A stretch of 63,159 nt of DNA. Origin: an uncultured Clostridia bacterium (GTDB taxonomy: Bacteria; Bacillota; Clostridia; TANB77; CAG-508). The stretch lies in assembly GCA_934122125.1 (NCBI GenBank), contig CAKOVW010000001.1:1-63159 (forward strand). Reading direction: 5' to 3'. Each line of letters opens with the position of its first letter. Positions within the stretch are counted from its first letter, which is position 1. The position numbers and the translations under genes were made by a program. The notes beneath the pieces were generated by a model. That model searched no databases. It was not told the origin of the DNA and saw only the letters and a list, made by a program, of their open reading frames with translations. This document shows positions 38,823 through 47,500 of this stretch, piece by piece.

Positions 38823-39857
38823 AAATTTTTCAATCCATTTATTTAAAATATTTGTAGCAATTTCTTTAGTAATATTATCCTTATCAAATAAAGGATTATA
38901 TTCAACTAAGTCAGCTGATTTAATAATGTCAACATATTTGGTTATTTCATCTGCCAATAAATATGTTTCTTCTAAGTTAATTCCATTTTTTGCTGGAATA
39001 GAAACTCCAGGTGCAACTTCTGGATCTATTAGATCTAGGTCAAAACTAATATGTACACCATCAGTTCCATTAGAAGCAATAGCAAATGCCTTTTTACAAA
39101 TTTCTTCAACTCCATATTTTTTAATATCTTCAGTAGAAAATACAGTAACACCTGCATCTAGAACATTTCCCCATTCCCATGGGTCAATATCTCTACCACC
39201 AACAATAACCGCATTTTTAGGATTATAAAATGGACCATCATGAAAATCAGCTAACATGCTCTTTTCATAATGAGTAGCAACTGCTAAAGGTAAACCATGT
39301 AAATTACCAGTAACAGAAGTAGGGTATGTATTAAAATCAGCATGAGAATCAAACCAAATAATTCCCATATTTTTATTTTCCTTAATAGAAGCTAAACTAG
39401 AACCAATTGCAACAATATGATCTCCACCAACAAGTAAAGGAAACTCACCATTTTGTATTACAGTACGAGTGGTGTTATATAATCTTTCATTGAAATCATT
39501 AATTCCAGCTAAATTCCTTTTTTCATTTTTAGAATCTAATGCTTTTACTGCTAGAACCAAATTATGCATTTTTTCATAGTATAAATTTTTCTCCTCATCA
39601 CTCATATTTTTTTCAAAATGTATTTCATGCATATCTAATAAAAGAGAGTTAAAGTTATCTACAAAATGATTAATATCTTTATTATTAGAAGACGTATATA
39701 GCTTCATTTCTTCATTTTTTTTGATACTCTTTAATACATAGTTTTGAGAAATATTACTTGATTTTAAGTCTTTTGTTAAGACTTGTGCTCCAAGTTCAGC
39801 ACCATCAATTTTTAAACCTAAATCAGTGCATGCACTTATAATTGATACTTTTTTCAT
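38820..39857 (-). CDS. arginase-family (ureohydrolase) protein with an N-terminal-half insertion
   Basis: Mn-ligand motifs GGDH, DSHADFN, SFDLDLIDP and EYNP, plus the arginase-like GNLHGLPLA. The start is the ATG at 39857 (MKKVSIIS). Confidence 0.8.
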   Translation of the reverse strand: MKKVSIISACTDLGLKIDGAELGAQVLTKDLKSSNISQNYVLKSIKKNEEMKLYTSSNNKDINHFVDNFNSLLLDMHEIHFEKNMSDEEKNLYYEKMHNLVLAVKALDSKNEKRNLAGINDFNERLYNTTRTVIQNGEFPLLVGGDHIVAIGSSLASIKENKNMGIIWFDSHADFNTYPTSVTGNLHGLPLAVATHYEKSMLADFHDGPFYNPKNAVIVGGRDIDPWEWGNVLDAGVTVFSTEDIKKYGVEEICKKAFAIASNGTDGVHISFDLDLIDPEVAPGVSIPAKNGINLEETYLLADEITKYVDIIKSADLVEYNPLFDKDNITKEIATNILNKWIEKF

Positions 39858-39942
39858 TTTAAAATTCCTTTCAATCACTTTAACTATAGTGATGATGATA
39901 ATTATCAAACATCAGTAATTAAGCAAAAATCATTATACCAAT

Positions 39943-39970
39943 AAAAAAAGAAAAAGTCTAGTACTTTTTC
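39943..39970 (-). terminator. intrinsic terminator after mutS2
   Basis: GAAAAAGT/ACTTTTTC stem (39950-39957 and 39963-39970), followed on the minus strand by T7. Confidence 0.6.
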
Positions 39971-42325
39971 TCATTTTATATCAACAATAGTTACGCCCAT
40001 TTCACCTTCGCCAAATGTACCTACTCTAAAACTTTTAACATGAGGATGTTGTTTTAAAAATACATGAATTCCCTCACGAAGTTTTCCAGTACCTTTACCA
40101 TGAACAATTCTAACTGGAGAGATATTGGCAGAGGCACAGTTATCTAAATACTTATCAATAACATAAATAGCTTCATCTACATTTTGACCAATAACATTTA
40201 TTTCAGGAGATATACTCTTAGTTTTTGATTCTTTGTCAGTTGTAACTTTTCCTGTTGACTTTGTTTTAATAGTATTATTCAAGCTCTTTCTTAAATCTGA
40301 AAGTTTAATATTCATTTTCATACTTCCAACTTGTACTTGAACTTCATGTGATTTATTTACTGAATTTCCAATAACAAAACCATTTGTTCCAAGCGAAGTA
40401 ATATAAACGCTTAATCCATCTTTAATATCATCTTGAGTTAGTTCTTCCAAAGTATTATTTTGTTCACTATAGTGAAAAGAATTTAAACTTTTTAAATTAT
40501 CATTTAATTTATTCCTTAAATTGTTAGCTTGTTTTAAATTAGAAGAACTATTAAGCTCATGGATTATTTCTGTGGCTTGCTCTTTAGCAGAAAGTAAAAT
40601 ATCTCTAGCTTCTAACTTAGCGTTTTCTAACATTTGAGCCTTTTTAGCCAAAACATCATCTTGCTTTTGTTCCAAACTTTTTCTTAGAATTTCTATTTGT
40701 CTTAAATTTTTATCAGTTTCTTCTTTTTGTTTTTCAATTTTCAACTTGCTATCATAAATGCTCTTTAACAATTCTTCAATAGAAATTTTATCTTCTTTTA
40801 AATGATTACTTGCTACACTTAGAATTTGCTCATTTAAACCAAGCCTTTTACTAATAGCAAAAGCATTACTCTTACCAGGAATACCAACTAGTAATTTGTA
40901 AGTAGGCTTTAAATTGTCTATATCAAACTCAAAACTTGCATTTTCAAAACCATCTGTAACTAAGGCAAATTCTTTTAATTCTTGATAATGAGTAGTACAA
41001 CAAACTAAACTACCAATATTTTTTAAGTAACTTAAAATACTAATTGCAAGTGCAGCACCTTCTAGGGGGTCTGTACCAGAGCCAAGCTCATCTAATAGAA
41101 TTAAACTATTATCATCAGCCATGTTAGTGATCTGTACGATATTTTTCATATGAGCAGAAAAGGTACTAAGAGATTCTTGAATACTTTGTTCATCACCAAT
41201 ATCAGCAAAAATATGAGAAAATACGCATATACTACTACTTTCATTGCATGGAATAGGAATTCCAGAATAAGCCATCAAAAGTAATAATCCAACAGTTTTT
41301 AAAGCAACAGTTTTACCACCAGTATTAGGACCAGTAATTAAAAGAGAAACATAGTCTTTGCCCAAACCAATATCTATAGGCACAACAACATCTTTATCAA
41401 TCAAAGGGTGCTTAGCCTTAAAAAGAGATACAAATTTTTCTTGGTTTAATGTAGGAGTAATACTAAAATTATCAATACCAAAATTAGCCTTTGCAAAAAT
41501 TAAATCAATATTAGCAATTAAATTTAAATCATTTTTTAATTCCAAAGTATATTCGTAAAGTGAAGAAGAAAGAATGTGCAAAATTTTTTCAATTTCTAAA
41601 TCCTCTTCAATTTTTATATGACTTATTTTATTATTTAATTCAAACACACTAGTAGGCTCAATGTATAAAGTAGAACCGCTACTAGAAGTATCATGAATAA
41701 AACCTTTTATATAGCTTCTATATTCTTCTCTAACTGGAATAACATAACGATTATTACGAATAGTAACAATTGGTTCCATTATATATTTAGCATAAGTACT
41801 AGAATGAATATAGCTGTTTAATTTATCTTTTACTTCTTGCTCAAAATTCTTTCTATTTCTACGTAAACTAGCAAGTTTACTAGAAGCATTATCAGCAACT
41901 GTATTCTCATCAATTAATTTATTAAAAATATTATTTTCAATTGAAACATTGGAATATAGACAATCAAAGTACTTTTCTAAAAGATTAAAAGAAGAAGTGT
42001 TATCTTTATAAAAGTACTCTTTTAATTCTCTACACATTTTTAATAGCATGGCAAAATTAAGTAATCCTTTTATAGACAAAGTTTGATTACTTTCCAAAAT
42101 TTTAATATACTTTTCTAACTCATCAGTTTCGTAAAAAGGGGGAATACCCTTTTGATGTAATAAATTATCAGCTTGCTTTGTTTCGCTAAGTAAAATATCA
42201 ACCTGTTCAAATGTAAAACTAGGAACTAATTGCTCACACAATTTTTTTCCTAAATAAGTTTTACAATATTTTTTTAATCTTTCAATAATTTGATTATATT
42301 CTAATTTATTTAAAATAGCTTCCAT
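39971..42325 (-). CDS. mutS2: endonuclease MutS2 (MutS domain plus C-terminal Smr)
   Basis: GPNTGGKT, LLDELGSGTDP, and Smr motifs VRIVHGKGTGKLR near the C-terminus. The start is the ATG at 42325 (MEAILNKLEY). Confidence 0.9.
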   Translation of the reverse strand: MEAILNKLEYNQIIERLKKYCKTYLGKKLCEQLVPSFTFEQVDILLSETKQADNLLHQKGIPPFYETDELEKYIKILESNQTLSIKGLLNFAMLLKMCRELKEYFYKDNTSSFNLLEKYFDCLYSNVSIENNIFNKLIDENTVADNASSKLASLRRNRKNFEQEVKDKLNSYIHSSTYAKYIMEPIVTIRNNRYVIPVREEYRSYIKGFIHDTSSSGSTLYIEPTSVFELNNKISHIKIEEDLEIEKILHILSSSLYEYTLELKNDLNLIANIDLIFAKANFGIDNFSITPTLNQEKFVSLFKAKHPLIDKDVVVPIDIGLGKDYVSLLITGPNTGGKTVALKTVGLLLLMAYSGIPIPCNESSSICVFSHIFADIGDEQSIQESLSTFSAHMKNIVQITNMADDNSLILLDELGSGTDPLEGAALAISILSYLKNIGSLVCCTTHYQELKEFALVTDGFENASFEFDIDNLKPTYKLLVGIPGKSNAFAISKRLGLNEQILSVASNHLKEDKISIEELLKSIYDSKLKIEKQKEETDKNLRQIEILRKSLEQKQDDVLAKKAQMLENAKLEARDILLSAKEQATEIIHELNSSSNLKQANNLRNKLNDNLKSLNSFHYSEQNNTLEELTQDDIKDGLSVYITSLGTNGFVIGNSVNKSHEVQVQVGSMKMNIKLSDLRKSLNNTIKTKSTGKVTTDKESKTKSISPEINVIGQNVDEAIYVIDKYLDNCASANISPVRIVHGKGTGKLREGIHVFLKQHPHVKSFRVGTFGEGEMGVTIVDIK

Positions 42326-42479
42326 AATTAACCTCACACACATATTATGCCACAAAATCAAGGAAAAAACAAGATGAAAATAAGACATAAAAAACTTAAT
42401 TTCCCACAAAATTACTATTGAAATTGTTATTTTTTTATGTTATAACTAATATTAGTTTGAGATGAAAGGAATGAATAAA

Positions 42480-42611
42480 ATGGACAAAAATACAAAACGT
42501 AAAAGAGATATAGGAAAAATTGCAACTAAAATAATGGGATTAATATTAGCTCTTATGATGGTTTTATCAGTTGCAGCTACTTTAATTTATTATATTGTTT
42601 TTAATAAATAA
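42480..42611 (+). CDS. hypothetical 43-aa single-TM micro-protein (below ORF-track cutoff)
   Basis: MDKNTKRKRDIGKIATKIMGLILALMMVLSVAATLIYYIVFNK. AAAGGA lies 9 nt upstream, and the ORF ends 18 nt before cdaA. A coding call on length and shape alone is tentative. Confidence 0.4.
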   Translation: MDKNTKRKRDIGKIATKIMGLILALMMVLSVAATLIYYIVFNK

Positions 42612-42629
42612 TAACAAAAGAGGTAAAAT

Positions 42630-43541
42630 ATGTTTGAAAATTTAACAATAAGTTTTAGTGGAATATGGAGTTCTTTTATAAGCTATATGACAGAACTTTT
42701 ACAAAATCCACTTAAACTATTAACTTTAGTATTAGATCTAGCAATTGTTGCTTTTATTGTATATAAATTTATTGTTTATGCTCAAAAATCAAGAATATGG
42801 CAATTATTAAAAGGAATTATTTTTATTTTAATAATTACAGCAATAAGTGAATTGCTTCAACTTAAAATATTAAGTTTTATATTAACAGCATTTATGCCAT
42901 ATGGAGTAATTGCATTAATTGTAATATTTGCACCAGAATTACGCAGAATGTTAGAGCAATTAGGAACAAATAAAATAACTAAATACTTTGGAATAGATAA
43001 AGACTTAGAAACAAAAACTAAAGAGGACGTATATAAAATTGTTATTGCAGCAACAGAACTTGCAAAAACAAAAACTGGTGGATTAATAGTTATAGAGCGA
43101 GATATTAATATAAATGATATTATAGATAGTGGAGTAAAAATAGATTCTGAGGTATCTCCACAATTAATAGTAAATTTATTTACTCCAAATACACCATTAC
43201 ATGATGGTGCAGTTGTTATATCAAATAATAAAATTGCAGCAGCTGCTTGTATTTTACCATTAGCTGATGACAAAGATATTGCAAAAGAACTTGGAACAAG
43301 GCATCGTGCAGGGTTAGGAATTTCAAAAGAATCAGATGCTATTTCAGTTATAGTATCAGAAGAAACTGGTAAAATTTCAGTGGCAATAGATGGAAACTTA
43401 ATAGCAGATGTAAAAGAAGATGCTCTAAAAAATATTTTAATAAAGCATGTAATAAACAAAAGGTTTGCAATAGAAAGACAAAGAAAAATAAGACAATTTA
43501 AAATAAAAAAGGATAAACAAGAAGCAAATGAGAAACATTAA
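42630..43541 (+). CDS. cdaA: diadenylate cyclase CdaA (membrane-anchored DAC domain)
   Basis: Three N-terminal TM helices and DAC motifs TPLHDGAVVI and GTRHRAGLGISKESDA. Confidence 0.9.
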   Translation: MFENLTISFSGIWSSFISYMTELLQNPLKLLTLVLDLAIVAFIVYKFIVYAQKSRIWQLLKGIIFILIITAISELLQLKILSFILTAFMPYGVIALIVIFAPELRRMLEQLGTNKITKYFGIDKDLETKTKEDVYKIVIAATELAKTKTGGLIVIERDININDIIDSGVKIDSEVSPQLIVNLFTPNTPLHDGAVVISNNKIAAAACILPLADDKDIAKELGTRHRAGLGISKESDAISVIVSEETGKISVAIDGNLIADVKEDALKNILIKHVINKRFAIERQRKIRQFKIKKDKQEANEKH

Positions 43542-44265
43542 ACTAACTATTGAATATGATGGAAAAGAATACAATGGTTGGCAAAAACAGCCAAATAAAT
43601 TAAATATTCAAGGAGAGATAGAAAAAGCTATTGAAAATGTAACAGGAGAGCAAGTAAACTTAATTGGCTCAGGGAGAACTGATGCAGGTGTTAATGCTTT
43701 TGGACAAGTTGCCAACTTTAAAATTGATTCGCAGTTTCCTATAGAAAAAATAGCTACAGCAATTAACTCTCAACTAAAGAAATCTATTCGTATAAAAAAA
43801 GCAGAGGAAACATCAGAAGATTTTCATAGTAGATATAATTGCCATAGTAAAACATACCATTATGTTATTGATAATTCAGAGCAAGGCACAGCAATTTATA
43901 GAAATTTAACATATCATGTTTCTCAAAAATTAGATGTAAGTAAAATGAAACAAGCAGTTCAATACCTTATTGGAGAACATGACTTTAGTAGTTTTAAATC
44001 TAGTGGAACAAGTAGTAAGAGCAGTGTTAGAACAATATATAATGCACAAGTAATACAAGAACAAGAAAAAATAGTTATTGAGCTTACGGGAAATGGTTTT
44101 TTGTATAACATGGTAAGAATTATAGCAGGTACATTAGTAGAAGTAGGACTTAATAGCATAAAACCAGAAGAAATTGAAACAATATTAAAAGCAAAAAATA
44201 GACAAAAAGCTGGGAAAACCTTACCTCCGCAAGGATTGTTCCTAATGAATGTAGAATATAATTAG
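43528..44265 (+). CDS. truA: tRNA pseudouridine(38-40) synthase TruA
   Basis: GSGRTDAGVNA catalytic-Asp motif and the YDG..Y.GWQ.Q N-terminus. It overlaps the cdaA 3' end by 14 nt. Confidence 0.9.
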   Translation: MRNIKLTIEYDGKEYNGWQKQPNKLNIQGEIEKAIENVTGEQVNLIGSGRTDAGVNAFGQVANFKIDSQFPIEKIATAINSQLKKSIRIKKAEETSEDFHSRYNCHSKTYHYVIDNSEQGTAIYRNLTYHVSQKLDVSKMKQAVQYLIGEHDFSSFKSSGTSSKSSVRTIYNAQVIQEQEKIVIELTGNGFLYNMVRIIAGTLVEVGLNSIKPEEIETILKAKNRQKAGKTLPPQGLFLMNVEYN

Positions 44266-44376
44266 AATTTTTATGTAGTATAAACTACGTAAAAGTTCTT
44301 ATTTTTTGACTTTTTTGTAACTATTGTTAATAAAAATACATACAATATAGCAAATAAACTAAGAGAGGAGAAAAAT

Positions 44377-44784
44377 ATGAACACATTATTGTTATTTTTT
44401 GCTCTTCCTGTTGCTACTATAATATTAGCCATTGTATTACAGAAAATTTTAAATAATCCTTTATTGGTGGCAGCAACATTTTTTGCAATTTATTTAATTG
44501 TAACCTTTGCTGCTTTTGATGCGAGCTTTTTAGTGTATGCAATAGCATATACTATACTTGCTTATATAACTGCTGTTTTAACAAGAATAATTTGCAGGCT
44601 TTTAAAAATGCTGGCAAATCAAAATAACTGCACTTATCGAGTAACAGAAAGACCAATTACTATTAGTACAAATTTATCTAGTGATGGAAATGATTTAACA
44701 AGCAATACTACTTTATTAACAAACTCAGCATCAGCTAATAATTATAATGGGGGAAATTGCGGTTGCAATTGTAGAAGAAGATAA
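44377..44784 (+). CDS. hypothetical membrane protein with Cys-rich basic tail
   Basis: About 3 TM helices, an Asn/Ser/Thr-rich linker and the C-terminus GGNCGCNCRRR. RBS GAGAGGAG. I recognise no family. Confidence 0.5.
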   Translation: MNTLLLFFALPVATIILAIVLQKILNNPLLVAATFFAIYLIVTFAAFDASFLVYAIAYTILAYITAVLTRIICRLLKMLANQNNCTYRVTERPITISTNLSSDGNDLTSNTTLLTNSASANNYNGGNCGCNCRRR

Positions 44785-44804
44785 AAATACATGAATATTA
44801 CTTA

Positions 44805-44838
44805 AAAGGCACTTTTCGTAAGGAAAAGTGCCTTTTTA
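44805..44838 (+). terminator. strong intrinsic terminator
   Basis: 13-bp stem AAAGGCACTTTTC/GAAAAGTGCCTTT with loop GTAAG and a T-run. It isolates the downstream pilus-like cluster as a separate transcription unit. Confidence 0.75.
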
Positions 44839-44846
44839 AAGAATAA

Positions 44847-44889
44847 ATATTACAAAAATATTACAAATACATTAAGTTTATATTACAAA
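44847..44889 (+). repeat. three perfect 10-bp direct repeats ATATTACAAA, helically phased
   Basis: Copies at 44847-44856, 44858-44867 and 44880-44889, with start-to-start spacings of 11 and 22 bp. They lie about 90-130 bp upstream of the cpaB-like start. Confidence 0.85.
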
Positions 44890-44975
44890 CAATTTATTTT
44901 ATTGTTTTTAGGGGAAAAATGTTGTAAAATTAATATTAAGTAATAAAATCACAAATTACAAGGGGGAAAACGAAA

Positions 44976-45911
44976 ATGGCAATGAATCCAATGCAAAAAA
45001 AGGCTCAAAACTCATTTCTTTTAGGAATGTTAGTAACACTATTAATTACAGGAATTATTATAGGACTATTAATAGTTCAATTGACTAAACTAACTAAACA
45101 ACAAAAAGAAAAGGAAGCAAATTTAAAACAAGTTTATGTAGTGTCAACAGATATAAATTCAGGAGATACTATAACATTAGATAAATTAAGCTCAAAAACA
45201 GTAGACGCTAGTTTGATTCCAGCTAATGCTTTAAGTGCTAAAGAATTAGAATCAAAATCTAATGTTACAGATGAAAGTGGAAATGTTGTAAAAAAAGTAA
45301 ATATTATTTCAAAAATAAGTTTGAAATCAGGAACTGTTATTACAACAGATATGGTTAAAACAGAGGGAGAACTTACAAATGATATAAGAAAAGTAGAGTA
45401 TACTGCAATAACCCTTACATCTAGACTAAAAACAGGAACATATATAGATGTTCGTCTAAGATTACCAAGCGGAAGCGACTATGTTGTTGTATCACATAAA
45501 AAGATAGAAATACCTGAAATTGATGATGTTCCATCTACAGATACAATGTGGCTTGAATTGTCAGAGGATGAAATATTAACACTAAATTGTGCCATTGTAG
45601 AATCATATAAAATGCAAGGATCTTTATTATATGCAGTAGAATACATAGAACCAGGATTACAAGGAAAAGCAACAGTAAGCTATTCACCAAACAATGAAGT
45701 ATATGATTTAATACAAAAAGATCCTAACTGTGTTCAAACAATAGTTAATGAAATTACAGCAAGAAATAGGGCAATTTCTAGAAATAATATAAATGAAGAA
45801 TTAAAACAAAATACAGAAACATCAAAAGAAGATGTAATTTCTGGAGTAGAAGAAGAAATTAAAAAGATACAAGAAGAAAGACAAAAATATTTAGACTCAC
45901 TAGGTGGATAA
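44976..45911 (+). CDS. CpaB/RcpC-like pilus assembly protein (TM anchor, SAF-like domain, beta-clip)
   Basis: N-terminal TM helix, then VYVVSTDINSGDTITLDKL (SAF-like) and EYTAITL...GTYIDVRLRLP (RcpC/CpaB-like). It is the first gene of the cluster. Confidence 0.6.
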   Translation: MAMNPMQKKAQNSFLLGMLVTLLITGIIIGLLIVQLTKLTKQQKEKEANLKQVYVVSTDINSGDTITLDKLSSKTVDASLIPANALSAKELESKSNVTDESGNVVKKVNIISKISLKSGTVITTDMVKTEGELTNDIRKVEYTAITLTSRLKTGTYIDVRLRLPSGSDYVVVSHKKIEIPEIDDVPSTDTMWLELSEDEILTLNCAIVESYKMQGSLLYAVEYIEPGLQGKATVSYSPNNEVYDLIQKDPNCVQTIVNEITARNRAISRNNINEELKQNTETSKEDVISGVEEEIKKIQEERQKYLDSLGG

Positions 45912-45930
45912 AAAATAAATGGAGGTATAT

Positions 45931-46632
45931 ATGAAAACAATAGGATTTATAGGGGCATATGATAAAACAGATTTGTTAATGTATATAGCAAAGATATTTG
46001 CAAGCATGGATAAAAAAGTTTTAATAATTGATACTACTATTTTACAAAAAGCAAAATATATTGTTCCAGTAATATCTCCAGCTAAATCTTATATAACAAG
46101 TTTTGAAAATATAGACATTGCAGTAGGCCTTTATGATTATAAAGACATAAAAAATTATTTAGGAATTCCAGAACATGCAGTACTAGACTATGATTATATA
46201 TTTATAGATGCAGATTCAATACAAGGAATACAAAATTTTGATATAAAAACTTTTGATAAAAATTATTTTGTTAGCGGATTTGATGCATATTCTTTAAAAA
46301 GAGGACTGGAAATATTATCTGAAATAAATGAAACTTTAGAATTAAAGAAAATATTATTTTCAAAGAATTTATCATATGACGAAGAAGAATATTTTAACTA
46401 TTTGGCACTAGGAGCAAAAGTTAAATGGGATGAAGAAACAATATATTTCCCATTTGAACAAGGAGATCAAGGAGTTATTATAGAAAACCAAATGACTCAA
46501 AAAATAAAGTTTAAAAAATTAACTGAATTATATAAAGATAGCTTACTTTATATAGCAAATGAATTGCTAGAAGATGAAAAAGAGGCAGGAAATTTGAAAA
46601 AAATATTTAAACAATTAGAAAAAGGAGTTTAA
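45931..46632 (+). CDS. MinD/ParA-fold protein with degenerate deviant Walker A (TadZ/CpaE-like), copy 1
   Basis: TIGFIGAYDKTDLLMYIAKIFASMDKKVLIID aligns to MinD VTSGKGGVGKTTSSAAIATGLAQKGKKTVVID. The signature Lys and the Gly residues are lost. The start is the ATG at 45931 after GGAGGT. Confidence 0.55.
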   Translation: MKTIGFIGAYDKTDLLMYIAKIFASMDKKVLIIDTTILQKAKYIVPVISPAKSYITSFENIDIAVGLYDYKDIKNYLGIPEHAVLDYDYIFIDADSIQGIQNFDIKTFDKNYFVSGFDAYSLKRGLEILSEINETLELKKILFSKNLSYDEEEYFNYLALGAKVKWDEETIYFPFEQGDQGVIIENQMTQKIKFKKLTELYKDSLLYIANELLEDEKEAGNLKKIFKQLEKGV

Positions 46633-46638
46633 AACCTA

Positions 46639-47478
46639 ATGGCAATTATAACTTTTTGTAGTAATGAAATAAAAGAAACAGGACAAACTTTATCTTTAGC
46701 TGCAATTGCAGCATATATGGCAATAGAGCATAATTATAAGATACTAATTGTTTCTACTAGTTTTAACGAATTAACATTAGAAAATTGTTTTTGGGAATAC
46801 GAAAAAATAAGACCAACAGGACTTATAAAAAAAGATGAAAAAGTTGGCATAGAATCTGGAATAGAAGGATTAGTAAAGGCATTAAAAAGTAATAGAACAA
46901 GTAATGAAATTATAAAAAACTATTCAAGAATTGTTTTAAGAGATAGACTAGATGTTTTAATATCGCCAGCTACAAAGTCTTATCAAGAATATAGTGAAAT
47001 AGCAGAAAACTATGTAGATATTTTGCAAACAGCAAAAAGATATTATGACTTAATTTTTGTTGATTTAAATAAAAAAATGCCAAGAAAGGAAATGGCAGCT
47101 GTTTTACAATTGTCAGATGTAATATTGGTAAATATAACTCAAAAATTAAAATCCATGAATGATTTTATGACATTAAGAGAAACGAATGACTTTTATAAAA
47201 GAAAGAATATTATGCTTACAATAGGAAGATATGATGAAAACTCAAAATATAACGTAAAAAACATTACAAGATATTTAAAAGAAAAAAAGATGGTTTCAGC
47301 AGTACCTTACAATACTCTATTTTTTGAAGCATGCTCAGAAGGTCAGATTATTGAGTTTATATTAAAAGCTAAAAATATTTCAGATGTAACAGATAGTAAT
47401 AATATTTTTATAAAAGAACTAAAGTCATTAGATGAAAACATAATGTTTAAATTACAGGAGTTACAAATGAAAATGTAG
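46639..47478 (+). CDS. MinD/ParA-fold protein with dead P-loop (TadZ/CpaE-like), copy 2
   Basis: MAIITFCSNEIKETGQTLSLAAIA aligns residue-for-residue with the MinD N-terminus MARIIVVTSGKGGVGKTTSSAAIA, but both lysines are replaced (Ile and Gln). Confidence 0.55.
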   Translation: MAIITFCSNEIKETGQTLSLAAIAAYMAIEHNYKILIVSTSFNELTLENCFWEYEKIRPTGLIKKDEKVGIESGIEGLVKALKSNRTSNEIIKNYSRIVLRDRLDVLISPATKSYQEYSEIAENYVDILQTAKRYYDLIFVDLNKKMPRKEMAAVLQLSDVILVNITQKLKSMNDFMTLRETNDFYKRKNIMLTIGRYDENSKYNVKNITRYLKEKKMVSAVPYNTLFFEACSEGQIIEFILKAKNISDVTDSNNIFIKELKSLDENIMFKLQELQMKM

Positions 47479-47500
47479 TCAAAAAGAAAGGAGCCTAAAA

